Source: Macrostomum lignano (Eukaryota). Taken from it: 26,942 nucleotides of DNA. The stretch lies in assembly GCA_002269645.1 (NCBI GenBank), contig NIVC01000047.1, positions 1 through 26,942 on the forward strand, written 5' to 3'. How positions within the stretch are numbered: the stretch's first letter is position 1; every line of letters begins with the position of its first letter. This document shows, one piece after another, positions 8,917-21,600 of this stretch. The notes beneath the pieces were generated by a model that saw only the letters and a program-made list of their open reading frames with translations, was not told the origin of the DNA and did not search any database. A program made the position numbers and the translations under genes.

Positions 8917-9039
8917 ACTTTTATTGATTTATAGTTTCCTAAGGGCATAGTATTCCTACATCCATGAATATGAGCTTAAACATGTGCAGTACGAGCAATA
9001 GAACTTAAAAAAGATGCGTAAAAGAGAAACTCAACTTCT

Positions 9040-9520
9040 ACAAATCAGCTTTAGAGTTTGGTCTGCAGTACACCGTCGCTTATCGATCAAGCTTTCTTTA
9101 TGGGCTTGTGAGCTGGAGCCATAGACATAACAGACCAGTCAGTGCATTTCCTTCGGAATTCTCAGCTTAAAGAGTTCTACAGATAAAAGAGTAGGGCCAC
9201 AGACAGTTGATCTCTTATTCAACTGCGAGTTCTTTCCACTCTCTCTATGGTCACTCAGTCGATCCTGTATCGAGCTATGCCTCTATAGAGACGAGCGCTA
9301 GCTGGAATATCAAGCCTGATCTTAAATACGTTTACCATCTCTGATCTGCATCTTGAAATACAAGAGCTGGCTTTTCTAAAGCTGCAACATAGATTGAGCT
9401 GCACGCAGCAAAATGTTCCATCAGTCAATCAACCAAACCGGTCGCAAACACAGGAGAAACGTCATTGTTACCAACTGACGAAGGATCGACACCTGATCCA
9501 TTATAGGTACGTGACAGCTA
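9040..9520 (-). pseudogene. Possible highly decayed CR1/L2-like LINE RT C-terminal remnant
   Basis: Fragmentary minus-strand peptides DRFG*LTDGTF...CSFRKAS, FKIRLDIPAS and IERVERTR echo the DLGV..D..L.F..H...KA and I..LE.VQRRA patterns. Many stops. Confidence 0.3.
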
Positions 9521-9724
9521 TTTTAGAGTGAAACCTGAATATCGGGACTTAAAAGTGCTTTATAGAAGTTTTTTCTGGTAAAGGGGTAGCAAACCACAAC
9601 TGAACTGCAGAAGCATTGGCTCTTAGTTAATAAGAGGATTGTGCAGTAGTGCACTGTTAAATCATTTCGAATGGTAGGCTGTGTCATTCATGCAACTGTA
9701 CCTTTTGAATTGAATGATCTAGGA

Positions 9725-9997
9725 CAGGGGTCGGCAAACTCTGGCCTGAGGGCCACATGCGGCTTGCGAAGCCTCTCTATCCGGCCCTCGGGTTCTTTGA
9801 AACTTCACAATAGCAATCCGGCCCCGCTCAAGGTTTGTCTCTTCTCAGCTCTCTCCTCTTTAATCTCCTCTCCCTTCTCTCTCTAACTATTCTCCTCTAT
9901 TCTCCTCTATTCCATATTATCTCTTTCGCTCTCTGACCCGGAGTCATTCGTTAGATTTTTTATCTGGCCTATTCGGTAAAACGTTTGCCAACCCCTG
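9725..9997. mobile_element. hAT (Charlie/SPIN-like) MITE, 273 bp
   Basis: TIRs CAGGGGTCGGCAAAC and GTTTGCCAACCCCTG (1 mismatch in 15). Left flank ATCTAGGA fits the NNCTAGNN target, and CTAGGA is repeated on the right. There is an internal TC-rich tract. Confidence 0.9.
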
Positions 9998-10462
9998 CTA
10001 GGATAAAAGCTTTTTATGAAGTCCAAAATTGGTGTTTCTTAAGGAAATAAAAATCCTATCGTGTACTGTTATTACGATATAACGATAGACAACAATAATC
10101 TTTTTTATTATTCTTTCTGCTTCTATCCAGACCATAAGCAGCTGCAGAATCATTTAACCAGTACGTGCATGGGCCCTGTAGAGGAGTAGTCGGTTCAGTA
10201 ATTTGAAGCGGCTAGCATAGTCTATGGCTTTTCTTTCCATTTTGGTGCGTTCGCTCATCAGAGCTTTCGCAGCCTACTTGGGCTGAATTGATTCCAAGCA
10301 AGATGTGCCAAAGGGACAAAGCTGAATTTCACTTGTCTATGGTCACTAGGCCTGTCACTGTAGCTTTCAGTTTGGTCTAATAAGCATTCATTGGGTCAAG
10401 AAAAGCAAGAAGCCAGCTTTAGAACCAGAGAGTACCGAGCTAACATAGAGAGACAATTGAAA

Positions 10463-10860
10463 TGACAGAATACCACAGATTGCACAATCGACTAGTAGAA
10501 TGCGTCTCGAATTAAAAAACCATAGATACTACTCTTCCTGCGAATATTTATAAGTAGTTGTAACTAATTGTAGGCATAGGAATTGCAGCCACAAGCTGCG
10601 CACTGGGTCTCGAGATTTTGCCATGATAACACTGCACTGCTTTTCGCCGCAGAATAAAAGAATGTTCGTTGATCTACGACGTATGATTACTAAAAAACAG
10701 AAGACAATCACAAGCCCATGCGAGTGATATCGTCTATGGTGATTCTTCTCCATACTACTTTCCCACAGCTTCACAGGAAGAGTATCACAAAGCGAAAATA
10801 ATTTCGCAATGAGATTTTTTCTTCAGGGTGGCTGAATGAGCATTCTGTGGTATTCTGTGA
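10463..10860. mobile_element. Candidate ~400-bp MITE with terminal and subterminal inverted repeats
   Basis: Perfect 15-bp inverted repeat acagaataccacaga (10465-10479) / tctgtggtattctgt (10844-10858). A nested perfect 11-bp inverted repeat tactcttcctg (10530-10540) / caggaagagta (10774-10784) lies inside. No TSD was identified. Confidence 0.5.
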
Positions 10861-12221
10861 TTAAAACTGAAACCAAAATTCCAATTCAAATCTTTGGGCT
10901 CCTACGAGCTGTACTTTTTGACCATAAACAAAAGTTGGAACTATTTTTCGCTCGTAGACAAAAAATACTCGGCTGGTCTGGCATATGATTACTGCATTAA
11001 TTCACTTGATATTCACTGCCCAAATTCTCGAATTAAGCAATATATATATATGAAGTGGGGTCGCCTTTCTTACCTCGTAGCTGCATTGTACTTGCTGCCA
11101 CACTGCTGCCTTTGTCTCGTTTTTTTGGGGTTGCGGGTCACTGATTATTTTATAATTTTCTCATAGCTCGTAAGAGGAGCTTCAACCTTCAACTTTTTAA
11201 CTTTTAGATGTGCGCATGCAGGTAGCTACTAAAGTGGCAAAATAGATCGGAAATCTCAGTGACATGTCGTCATTCTTTCTGTAGGAAAACTGACTCAAAG
11301 CTTGTTGAAAAAAATGGTTACAGAAATAGGAAATTCAGGAGTGCACGAAAAATGGATCGTAGGATATTTCAGTACAGCAAAGTGGCAAACCAGGTAAGTT
11401 TATCATGGTTGCTTTAAAAATGTTTTTTATTGTTGATAAAATTTAAGCTGTTTAAGAAGCGCAAACATACCAGCATCAAATCAAGTCTACAATGATGGGT
11501 GTGTCTAAAGAGTTTTGGACAATATGCTATCCGTGATGCTAAATTCTGTTAATAGGAAATACCAGCGTTGAGTTAGGCTAATAAAGAGGGGTCTAAGGCC
11601 GTCGGGGATTGGTATATTGAGCTCCTGTGGACTAGAATATACCTAGGCCAATGACGATATGCACTAAGAGTTTTTGCTTGAAAGGATAAGCACCACTTGC
11701 TAATTGAGAAAAGGAAAGAGAAAGGGTAGACAAGCGGTAAAAAGCCACCCGGCGGGGGGATAAATGGCTAGTAGGTAACCATAAAAAAGAAATATTATTA
11801 GAGCATCAAACAAATAAAATATACAACTAATTAAATTTTTTTTAATTAAGATAAGAATCAAATAAAAATTTATTACTAGACATTAAACTTATTTAAACAC
11901 AAAAACACCATAGAATATAAAAACACCGATTACGAACAGAATTACATGTACGTCATCGTTACATATCGCTTGTTTGATTGAATAAAAATTAACTACTCGT
12001 ACCTGCCCTCTAATGATGGACAAAACACATTTTCATTCAATATTTAATGCTTTCGTTGACATTTGTTGCTTACATTGGGATTAGTCTTTATAGTTGCCTA
12101 TGCGCGTCAACATGTACACGTAAATGATTTTTAAAGTTTGCTTTTTTCCGATTGTGTTTTTGTGACTCTTTCGATATACGGGTATATATTATGATGCAGG
12201 TACAAAACTTTTAATAGCCAT

Positions 12222-12259
12222 AAAAGAGCGCATTTACGCTTTGTCGCGACTTTCCTAGT
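12222..12259 (+). mobile_element. Possible Helitron-like 3' terminus
   Basis: Weak GC hairpin and gtcgcgac palindrome followed by CTAG|T at 12255-12259, ending an AT-rich block. The 5' end was not defined. Confidence 0.3.
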
Positions 12260-13342
12260 CATTTCTTTTCAACTTTGCACTTGTCTATGTTTGTTTTACT
12301 CTGTTTTCTGTCCCTCTCTGTCCAATTCAGTCTTGTTATTTTCTCTCTCTCCGTCACTGCCTTCTGATTGGCTGCTCAATCTCACCTCTTTCTTTCGTCA
12401 CGCACTCCCCACCCCTCCTTGTCTTATCTTGCACTCAACCCCCCAAATTGAAATCAATTTATTAGATTTAAAATCAAATAATTCTCAATGCCCTAAATGT
12501 ACTGATTTGAGCCTGCCAACCTGTCTGACTCCTTCCTGGTTATTTAGTTAGTTTTGTCAACTCCAATTAAATAAATTGTTTAACACTACGAGTAATTAAA
12601 TTATTCTCTACTCTGTTCGTCTATTTCCATTGGCTTGGTAGGATTTGCGTCTGCACAGATTTGTCTCTTCATTTGTCTTGGCTCGCTGGATTTTGCACTC
12701 GACGCAGTCTCTGCTTCTCTTCGTGGTCCAGGCTTCAGACTCAGTGCTCACTTAGGATTCAGGACTCAGGACGGATGGACCGGACAGCAGCCTGAAGAAG
12801 ACATGGGTTCGTCTGAAAGCTAAGTTTTCATTTGAAGTGTTTTTAGTTGCTGTTTAAATTTCAACTCATTTACATATAATTATGCTGTTCCCTCGCTACT
12901 CATTACACATTGTTTATTTTTCACTTTCTTGCTTAAACCCGCGTAGATTTTCACTCTGTCATTTTGCTTGCGGATTCCACATACAGTTAAGCTGCTCTGA
13001 TTAGAGCAGCGGTCACTCGGACTAGCTCAAAGGTCAACATGCTCTTGTCGCTGATTTTGGTGAAATGCGGAAGCCGACGCTGATGCAGATGCGTGCGTAG
13101 ATCGAGGTTCTGAAGAAGAATCTGAAGGCTTTAAAAGGTGCAGATGGGGAGATTCAGGTAGATCTATCCAAAGATAAGATGGAATCGGAGTTGGCTGAGA
13201 GCTATGGATATTCGTTTTGCTGCCGCAAGTGTATTAACTTGTTGGAAAATTCCCTCAGTTAAAGTGTGGCGCAACAGCAAACAACCCCCAAGCTCTGTTC
13301 AACCTCATTGAAGCATCTTTAAGTGTCAGCTACCAACCTTTA

Positions 13343-13756
13343 ATGGGACAGTTGCATGTTAGAAGACCCCCTGGGATCAGTTTTTGTCATCAGTGGATTC
13401 AAATTCATCGCTCGGTGATATTCACAAATTCAGTTATTTGCTCGCTTCTCTCTCCGACTTGGCCAAGTCTGGCAGTGACTGGCGCGAATTACGCAGCTGC
13501 GGTCGTCATTCTGCGAAATCAGTTTGGCAAGCCAGATCTGAAAGTCAGAGACTCAATGCATCAGCTGTCAGAGTTTAGGCTAACTGACACCTCGCTTTCA
13601 AGCCTGAAACAATTTCATGACGATGTTTTTGCTGCCGTGCGCAGCCTTGAAGCTCAGAATGTGCAAGCTGACTCGTATGAGACATTGTTGCTGCCAAACC
13701 TACTCAAGCGGTGTCCCGATGAGTTAGGGTTGGACATGCTAATACCAGCCGCTTAG
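13343..13756 (+). pseudogene. gag: BEL/Pao gag fragment (DUF1759-like)
   Basis: VTGANYAAAVVILRNQFGKPDL...LKQFHDDVFAAVRSLEAQNV pattern. Confidence 0.8.
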
Positions 13757-14636
13757 TTAGAATCGCAGTGCAATTCAGTTAGGGACTCTTTTATATCTTT
13801 TTAAGCCAGGCAATTATTTGAGGTTCGTGAAAAGGCTATTTTGGTTGGCAAGAAGACTGGACATGATCGCAAGCGGTCCGGAGGCTCACGGAAGCCTTCA
13901 CTTTCAACTCGAAAGTTCAAGCTAAACTGAAGAACACATTAAAGGAATCTGTAAAAGTCTTTTGCACCTACTGCAATTCAGGACACAAGTATGGAGATTG
14001 TGATAATTTTGCACCAGCGGCCAGCCGTCGTGATTTTAGCACTGCACCAGGAAAGCCACTGCTTTCGATGCGTGCGCACAGGTCACGGTGCTCATATATG
14101 CTGTGATCCTCGGCAGTGCAGATTCTGGCGGAGCTGATCATCACGTGAGAATTCGCAACAAAGCTCCAGCTAAAGCTATCATGACCAGGCTACTCTAGAC
14201 GAGCGAGCACCAGTTGCTGCACAAAATAACGTCTCTGAACATTTTTCTTCGGACATGATCACTACCAGCAATCTTTCAGTGGTCATTCCTGTTACCAAAG
14301 CTATACTGCTGAGTGCTGGTGGTCAGCAAGTGATTACAATGTTACTCAATACAGCTAGCAGCAGATTCTACACCAGAAAGGATGTATGTGATCTCTTAGG
14401 CATCACAGCGATCAAGATTGAGCCATTGTCTGTGTCGAAGTTCACCGGTCTCAATGCAACAACCGAATCAGGCACTGCTAGATTATCAATCAGAAAGATA
14501 AATTTGCGTCACCTTCTGAGCATCCGCGCTAATATGGTCAAATGATATCTGTCAGCCTCAGCGCACAGTCCAGTCTTAGTGAACCAGTTTCCTCATCTGC
14601 GCAATTTAGACTTAGCAGATCTGCACGAACCATGCG

Positions 14637-16420
14637 ATGAAAGCACGCCAACTTGTGTTGATCGGAGCTGATCAATATTACGATGTGGTTTTGTCCTTTT
14701 TCGAGCCAGTCAAGTTGCCTGAGGACTATGGCAGTCCCTTGAGCTTTTCAGCAGCTGGGCGCTATGTTATCAAGCTTTCTTGGAAGCATCCAGATGACTC
14801 AACGCATGCTACGCAATCACTTCGATCTTGCGTGCAAGCGTTTGGACTCGACTTTGCCCACTCTCTTACACCAAACAGGTACAATCATTTGAGAGCATCT
14901 GAGATCACCCGTGAGCAGGAAGCCAGAGGCTTCATTGAGAAAGTGGGTGACGCCGACCTACAGCAGGATAATGACTGTCATTATCTTCCTCATAGCTGTG
15001 TCATGAGCACACGAAACTGTGTATTGTCTTTGTCGGTTCTGCACGAGCTTTCAGGAAAGATTAATCAATCAGCGACCATTTACAAGTCGGGCCGACAGAT
15101 TTTCCTTAAATTTCCGATATTCTCTTGCGCTTCCGTCGTAACCCTGTTGAAATTTCTGTTGCTATCCTTAGTGACATTGAGAAAGCATTTCTCAAAATTT
15201 CGATTCATGCTAGCGATCGCAATTTGTTGCGTTTTCTGTGGCCCAATTTGGCAGACAATAAGCAAATCTGTCATCTGCCATTACGTTTGACATGTTCGCC
15301 AGGTGTGCTCCGATCTACCATCCAGACACAATTGAGTCTGCTTTTTTAGAATGTGCCAGAATTTTTCGGAAAGACCTTGACGTCGATAATTTCGTGACCA
15401 CTTGAGGTTATGACACAGAAGCTGACACGAAAAATTGTTTGATCTTGGTGGTTGGTATGAATATGCGTCAGTGGATGTTCAATTCTGCTTTATTCAACGA
15501 ACATCTTCCGGAACAAGATATGGGTCACGTCTAAAGGTCCTGGGGCTCATCTGTTGCTGGGGTAGTGATGTCTTTCGTATGGACTGCCGTAAATCGGCTT
15601 GTGTTCACAGCGAGCATTGTTCAATACTGAGTAAGCTGTCCTCAGTGTACGATTCTCTTGGACTAGTTTGTCATGCATTGATTTTTTTCAGAATATTGCT
15701 TCAGGAGCTGTGTGTCAAACAGTCGACTGGAATGAGCCTCTTCCACCTGACATATCCCAGGCTTGGCAATCCTTGCAGCAGTCTTGGTATGGCTGCATAT
15801 TTCAGTTTTTTTTCGATATTTACTTCCGCAAGCTTAGCGCCAAGCCAACAAAAAATTCAACTGCACGGCTTCTGTGATTTTATCGAGTTGGCCTTTGCTG
15901 CTTGCATCTACGCACGTGCTGAATCTGACGACGGTGCCGTCGACACGGTGCCCATTATGGCAAAGTCTCGCGTTACACCGTTATTGAATCTGTCAATTGC
16001 TCGCGTGGAGTTGCTAGGTGCCTTGATCCTATCGCGCCTTATGTACCGGGTCTCTCAACAATTCCCAGGCGCTGATCGCTTTTTCTGGACTAACAGTTTA
16101 ACAGCACTCTGCTGGATCATTAACATAGAGAAGCTTCGCAAGGTGTTCGTTCAGAATCGTAGACATTCCATCTAGAGGCTGTCGACCAGAAAATCTGCGG
16201 TTGAACACCATTTTGACGATTTTCGATCGTCTTTGAATCGTTTCCTTAGCCAGTGGCCGAATATTCCACGTCTCAGTCTGCTGAGGTGCTCCTTTCCTCT
16301 GTGACTGCAACCACGTTCCCTGATCGAGAGTCTTTTTTGGATTCTCCAACATTTGATTTGTCCTTGATTGCTGATGTCGAGGGGTTTTGTAGTTGTAGCA
16401 AGTTATTTCACGTCACAGCT
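14637..16420 (+). pseudogene. pol: BEL/Pao RT and RNase H fragments
   Basis: ORFs 14637..15290, 15125..15349 and 15435..16175 carry the Pao motifs listed above; the last coding motif is FCSCSKLFHVTA near 16385-16420. Confidence 0.87.
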
Positions 16421-16539
16421 CGGCGCCATTCAACCTGTCTGATTCCTGGTTATTTAGTTTGTTTTGACCTGTCTAATGGCGTGCTCAGTGGTAAAAAATA
16501 ATGGCCCAGCATGATTCGTTAAAGTTGCTTTCAGGCAAC

Positions 16540-17850
16540 TGACGGATGCTGACAACTGATTGCTCGGGTCAGTGGAATTGGAGTGGAAATAGGCGCTATC
16601 AAAGCATCCATAGCCTGAACGAAAACCTTTGCCGTAACCCTAACCGACAAAGCCGACAACCCACGAATAGTTCTCAGCCGTTTAGTTTGATGCTATCTGG
16701 GTGCTAAAATATTGCAAAGATCTTCAACAGAGTAGCTCGCAGCTGCTGATTTGGATCCTCGTTGCCTGTCCTTGACTTGCCCAAACCGATGCTATTTGAT
16801 CACTGCCACAAGTATGCTTATCAACACCAGAATAAAAAAGCACACAAAGCCAGAATGTAGACCTTTTTAAAGAAGCTCCGCTGCATGAAGTTGCGAAAAT
16901 GTGATATCTGATCCAAGGGCAGCGTTGCAGAGCGACAGAGTGGCGGGCATCGAGCTGAACTGACGGAGTTGAGAGCCCATGGAAAGGTACAACACGCAGG
17001 CAAAGGCAGAAAACACCAGAGACAGTGAAGCAAGGTAGGCAACCAATCGAGTCTCACAGCAGCTTACTGTGGCGATAAAGTGCCTTAGATTTCGGGTGAG
17101 CCTAGCGAGTTGAAACAGCCTCAGCTGAAGCAAGAATGTGTCGTCAGCAAGGCAGTTGCAGAAATTCTGATTCAGCTGCATCACAGCCTGTAGATTTGAG
17201 ACGCCAGTAGACGCTAGGCACCTGCGAACCGGGCAGATCCAGGCTATCGCTGGTAACACAAAGGTCGCAGATACCAGGAGGTTCCAGCAGACGTAGTTAA
17301 CACCTTGTATCCGAGAGTCACAGTGGTGTACCCAAGACTCCAACCTAGCGACTGAGTGGCGCAGAGTAAATGTTCCAAGCGAATTCGCAGCCTCCAAAAG
17401 ACTCGCAGTTGATGGCGAAGGCAGTGTAAGTGAACATTGAGGCATCTGGATAGAATAAACTGAGTTCCAGCTTGATTTTCTTTGTGTGGTGGGCATTCAT
17501 TCAGTTAAATTCAGAGAGTGACGGCAGCATTTGGATTGTCGCATTGAAGCGAGTTGGCAGATCGACAGAATCTGTGGCGTTGCTGGCATCGATTTGCGAT
17601 GCGAATTGCGAAGCCTGCCGACTGCATCAAGTTGACAGTTTCAATTCGGCTCAGGCAAGGTGATGCCAGCAGAAAGCCGTATACCGCATTATCAGCAATA
17701 AACTTAGACCGAGCCGGATTTTCTGCAGAGAAAAGCGCTGGCACGCCAAACTTAGGAAGACAAGGAAGCACTGCTTTGGCAACGCTAGCTGACTGCAGCC
17801 AGGAGAATTTGAGATGATTTAAAAGTCTGCTATGCAACTGGAATTCTGGA
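16540..17850 (-). pseudogene. Decayed non-LTR (LINE) reverse transcriptase remnant
   Basis: In order on the minus strand: VAKAVLPCLPKFGVPALFSAE (KA...KSPG.DG..AE-like), IQGVN...VSATF (PQG..LSP-like), CLADDTFLL (YADD-like), VTAKVFVQAMDALIAP. Confidence 0.5.
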
Positions 17851-18221
17851 GTTTTGACAGCGCCTGTACTGTCGAGACAAAGCAGAGCGAAATGTCAGAG
17901 GCTTAGACCGGCTTGCAGTTCATTTTAAAAAAACTACACTGACTGCTGTTCTGGCTGTGGCTTTTTCCAAAGCTCGCTTAGGTAGCAGACGTAATCTACA
18001 ATTGAAATGGAGAAGTATGTGATTCCCCTGGCTATATTAGGCTATGCTCACTCACCTAAGTACATGAGTTATCATCCTCGTCGAGCTCCATCACCCTGAC
18101 GCACGTCCGAGTTTTTTAAGTCGCTGTCTTTGCGCATCATAATTACAAAAATTCATCCGATGAGGAGGACCTTCCTGAATTGGATGAGGAAGGCGGTTTC
18201 CAGAAAGAGTGAAACACAACA

Positions 18222-18395
18222 GCCACCTTTGTGACTTCTCCTGTCCCAATCCACTGCATAGAAGACGATAAAGACTTACTATTCAATGATGGTGCTGAGC
18301 GCTATAAACCACCCAATAAACTGACACCTTTAATTGGAGGCTAAACTGGCTTTGTTGTCTCTTTAAGAGGCTGAATAGGGGGCCACCTTTGTGAC
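18222..18395. repeat. 160-bp tandem duplication: copy 1 (18222-18381) and first 14 bp of copy 2
   Basis: gccacctttgtgac recurs at 18222 and 18382. Copy 2 continues at 22008-22153 after the LTR element. Manual alignment gives ~19 substitutions and 2 gaps over ~146 bp (~86%). Confidence 0.93.
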
Positions 18396-18552
18396 TGTTC
18401 TGTTTTGGGGCTGGTCCGCACAAGTAATGCTGCCTTAATTCTGGCAGTAGGTTATTATATTTTATTTATTGTCGCGGGATAGCCGAGCACTTATACTAGT
18501 GCATACTTTGGGACATAGAAGAACATAATGGTGAGTATGCGTTAATCCAAAA
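18396..18552 (-). repeat. 3' LTR of element C
   Basis: 9 mismatches in 157 bp against the 5' LTR (manual count, ~94%). The minus-strand TG start is mutated to TT. Confidence 0.97.
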
Positions 18553-18563
18553 TCTCCCCTTTT
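18553..18563 (-). promoter_or_regulatory. Polypurine tract of element C
   Basis: Plus-strand tctcccctttt abutting the LTR. Confidence 0.9.
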
Positions 18564-18618
18564 ACGAGCGTAACGGTTTATCGCATTCAAGTAATATTCT
18601 CTTCCACTCTCCTTCTCG

Positions 18619-21600
18619 TCAAGAGATCTCGGGTTCTCCGAACTTCTTGTATCGAAACCTGCGTTCTGGAACCCCTTTGTTCAATCGTTGACTTCGCCAT
18701 GGGACATTATTTGTAGTTGTCGGCTTGGGCACCGGTGCGTGTACAACTCTGGCTGGCGGGCTGGTAACATTCTTGACAGGCGAATTGATGCTAATTAGCT
18801 GCTCCTGCGGCAGACTCTTCCGGATAAATACGCGGTTTCGACGCAGGATCCGGCTACTGGCCAGCTTGACGTAGTAGTCTCGGTGCTTGCCAACTTCTAC
18901 AATTATCCCTTTAGCTTCCCAATGCTTTGTTACTGGACTCTGAAGAACAACATGAGCTCCAATGTGGAGGGGTGGCATAGTTTTGTCGCAACATCGTTTT
19001 GTCGCATCGTAGTGCTCTTGAACGCGCGCCTGAAATCTCGCTGCAGTCCTCTCCATCTCGTAGAATCGTATATCTTATCCTTTCAAACCTTGGCAAAACT
19101 CTTTCGGTGAACTAGTGAAGTATCCCGTGTACTGGGTGTCCAAATACCATGATAGAAGGCACTCTACCATCATACAGCGGAGTATTACGCAGTTGCAGCA
19201 AGCCTTGCGCTAATTTATCTTTGTGAACGTCATTTGCATGGTCGTCCCATGCTCCACGTATAATTTTCTTTACGCTCTTGACAGCAGCCTAATATTTGCC
19301 GTAACTTTGATGATGATAAGGAGATGAGTTTTGAATCTGCACTCCCCAGCGACTCAAAAAAATTAACAAAATGTGTTGCTTTAAATTGAGGACCGGAGTC
19401 TGAGCAAAGTTTTTCAGGCACTGATGTATGAAAGAAAAGTTCTCGACACGCGTTAATGAGTTTTTAAGTTGGTGCTCGATCACCAAAGTTCCATAGAGAT
19501 GGCCAACTGGAATAGGCGTCCACGATTACCAGGAACGTTTTGTTGGCGTGTTCACAGAAATCTGCATATAAGTGCTGAAAACATCGTTCTGGCGGATTTA
19601 ATGTGCTCATGGGCTCCCTAACTTGTGACGGGAGGTGTTCCTGGCATGACTTACATTGTCTTATAGTGCTCTTAATGTCTCGGTCGATGCCTGGCCAGTA
19701 CACGGCCATTCTAGCCCTCTGTTTTGTCTTGGTAAGTCCTTGGTGGCTTGAGTGCAGCTGTGTAAGAACCTGCTTTCTCAAAGCTCGTGGAACGACGCAT
19801 CGACTTCCGCAGAGGATGATCCCGTCTTCGACGATAGGCTTTTCGCGCACATTCCAGAATGGTCGCACATTGTTGGGCATATTGGCCTTTTTGTTCAGAA
19901 ATCCGTCTGTAATGTGCTGCTTTAGGTCCTGCAGATCCTGATCAACAGTCGTGCTCTCTTGCACTCTGCGCAAGCTAGGATCCAGTTCCGCACATTGTAG
20001 AATCATGATGGGCAGTTATGACAGGTGAAGGTCTGCTGATTCTGCTAGCTCGTCTTGTTGAGTCGGATAATCTACAGGTGCTCTCGATAGAGCGTCAGCG
20101 TCGGCATTATTCTTTGCATTTAACCCATCTTGCTTTGTACGCATAGAGATCCAGTTTAGCTCTCAGGCGCTGGATTCTGGGATTCTCGATCTGGTCCAGC
20201 TGGTAGCTGTTCAGAATCGGAACTAGGGGCTTGTGGTCAGTAACGTCGAATTCAGGCAGACCTTCTAGGAAAAGTCTACATTTCTGAGTCGCCCAGACCA
20301 CGGTTAACAGTTCTAGCTCAATCATTGCGTATCTAATTTCGGTATCAGAGATGAATTTGGTCCCGCCTGGACTACGCGCCAGCTTCTATCGGCTTGTCTC
20401 TGCTTGAGCAAGAATCCGATTCCCTTAAGCGGGATGCATCTGTGTGCAAGGCCATGAGTTTGCGCTGGTCATAGTAGGCAAGGACAGGCGTGTTTGCGAG
20501 GTTCCTGCGGGCCTTTTCAAAAGCGTCTTGCTGCTCTTGTCCCCACTGAAACATATTCTTCTCCGATAGCAGCGGTCTCAGCGGGCCTGTTACCTCCGCA
20601 ACTTCTGGAGTAAATGTTCCAACTTGGTTCACGAGACCAAAGAATGCTCGAAGATCAGTAATATTTTTAGGCGCTGGAAATTCGCAGACAGCTTTCACGA
20701 GCTCTGGTTCGATACAGTTAGCCATCTGCCAATACGCGAAATCCCGAAAAGCTTACTTGTGTTCTGAAAAATGTGATTTTTTTATTTAAGGAGATTCCGT
20801 TATCCTGACAGCGTTAAAGAAATTTTCGAACTGCTTGCACGGGCGATTCTCGGTCATTACTCGAAATCAAGCAGTCATCAACGACATGACGAACGCAGTT
20901 CAGGTCTTGAAACGTGTCATCCAACCGTTGATTGTAGAATTTGGCAATCGAACTTATGCCGAATGGAGCCATCTTATACATATATCTTCCCAGAGGTGTG
21001 ATGAAAGTCCATAGGTGCATGCATGCTTTCTTCATCTAGTGGTATCTGGTGATATCCCTTAAGACTTAAGTGCATCAACGCCGGTGAAAGACTTGGCTCT
21101 AGAAGCATCAGTGCTGTCTATTATTTCAAGAGTAGTTTGAGACTGATATCTGGGTCTGATGACGTATTTATTAAGCTGTCTGAAGTCCAATCACAAGCGG
21201 ATTCCACTAACTTTTTTTCGGCGCGACCACAATAGGTACGCACCAGTGAGTCGGGGTTGTCAGTTTGCAGATTATGCACTGTTACTCAAGTGCGTCCAGC
21301 TCCATTTTCAATCTATTGTACATAGGGAATGGAATTCTTCTGGGTGTCTTCACTGAAAATGGTTGAGCGTCGTCACGCAGCTTAATTTTGAACGTTTCGC
21401 CTTTCATAGGCCTTACGATGCCATCGAATACCCTTGGAAATTCATTTATTAGGTCGTCCTCTGTGATGAAATATTTTTCAAGCGTACGAATGGTATTGAT
21501 CACTTGTTCTGGGTGGGCGGATTGCTGCGCCTTCACTTCGGGGCTGTCCGCTTCGCTCAGCTTGACGCCCATTGCCTCGAAATAGGCCTCGATGGTCGCT

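Larger units (their letters stand above)
12280..16466 (+). mobile_element. Decayed BEL/Pao LTR retrotransposon lacking integrase (5' boundary approximate)
   Basis: Gag NYAAAVVILRNQFGKP...YETLLLPNLLKRCP; Cys/His knuckles near 13960-14140; protease region (14255..14545) and LVLIGADQYYDVV; RT HYLPH and SDIEKAFLKI...DRNLLRFLW; RNase H LHGFCD, AKSRVTP...IARVELLGA, FFWTNS...CWI. A 36-40 bp direct repeat occurs at 12517-12556 and 16431-16466. Confidence 0.9.

Noticed and set aside
10894-12551. Short hydrophobic ORFs (10894..11166, 12291..12551)
   Set aside because: They are low-complexity T-rich translations with no motifs; the second overlaps the presumed BEL LTR.
16633-16645. Telomeric repeat (aaccctaacc)
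   Set aside because: Fewer than two units, which is expected by chance.
16867-17496. 209-aa ORF as a host gene
   Set aside because: It contains LADDTFLL and lies among frameshifted LINE RT motifs, so it is better explained as a LINE remnant.
18619-19056. Chromodomain or env after the integrase in elements A, C or D
   Set aside because: No chromodomain motif is present, and there is no room for an extra ORF before any of the PPTs.
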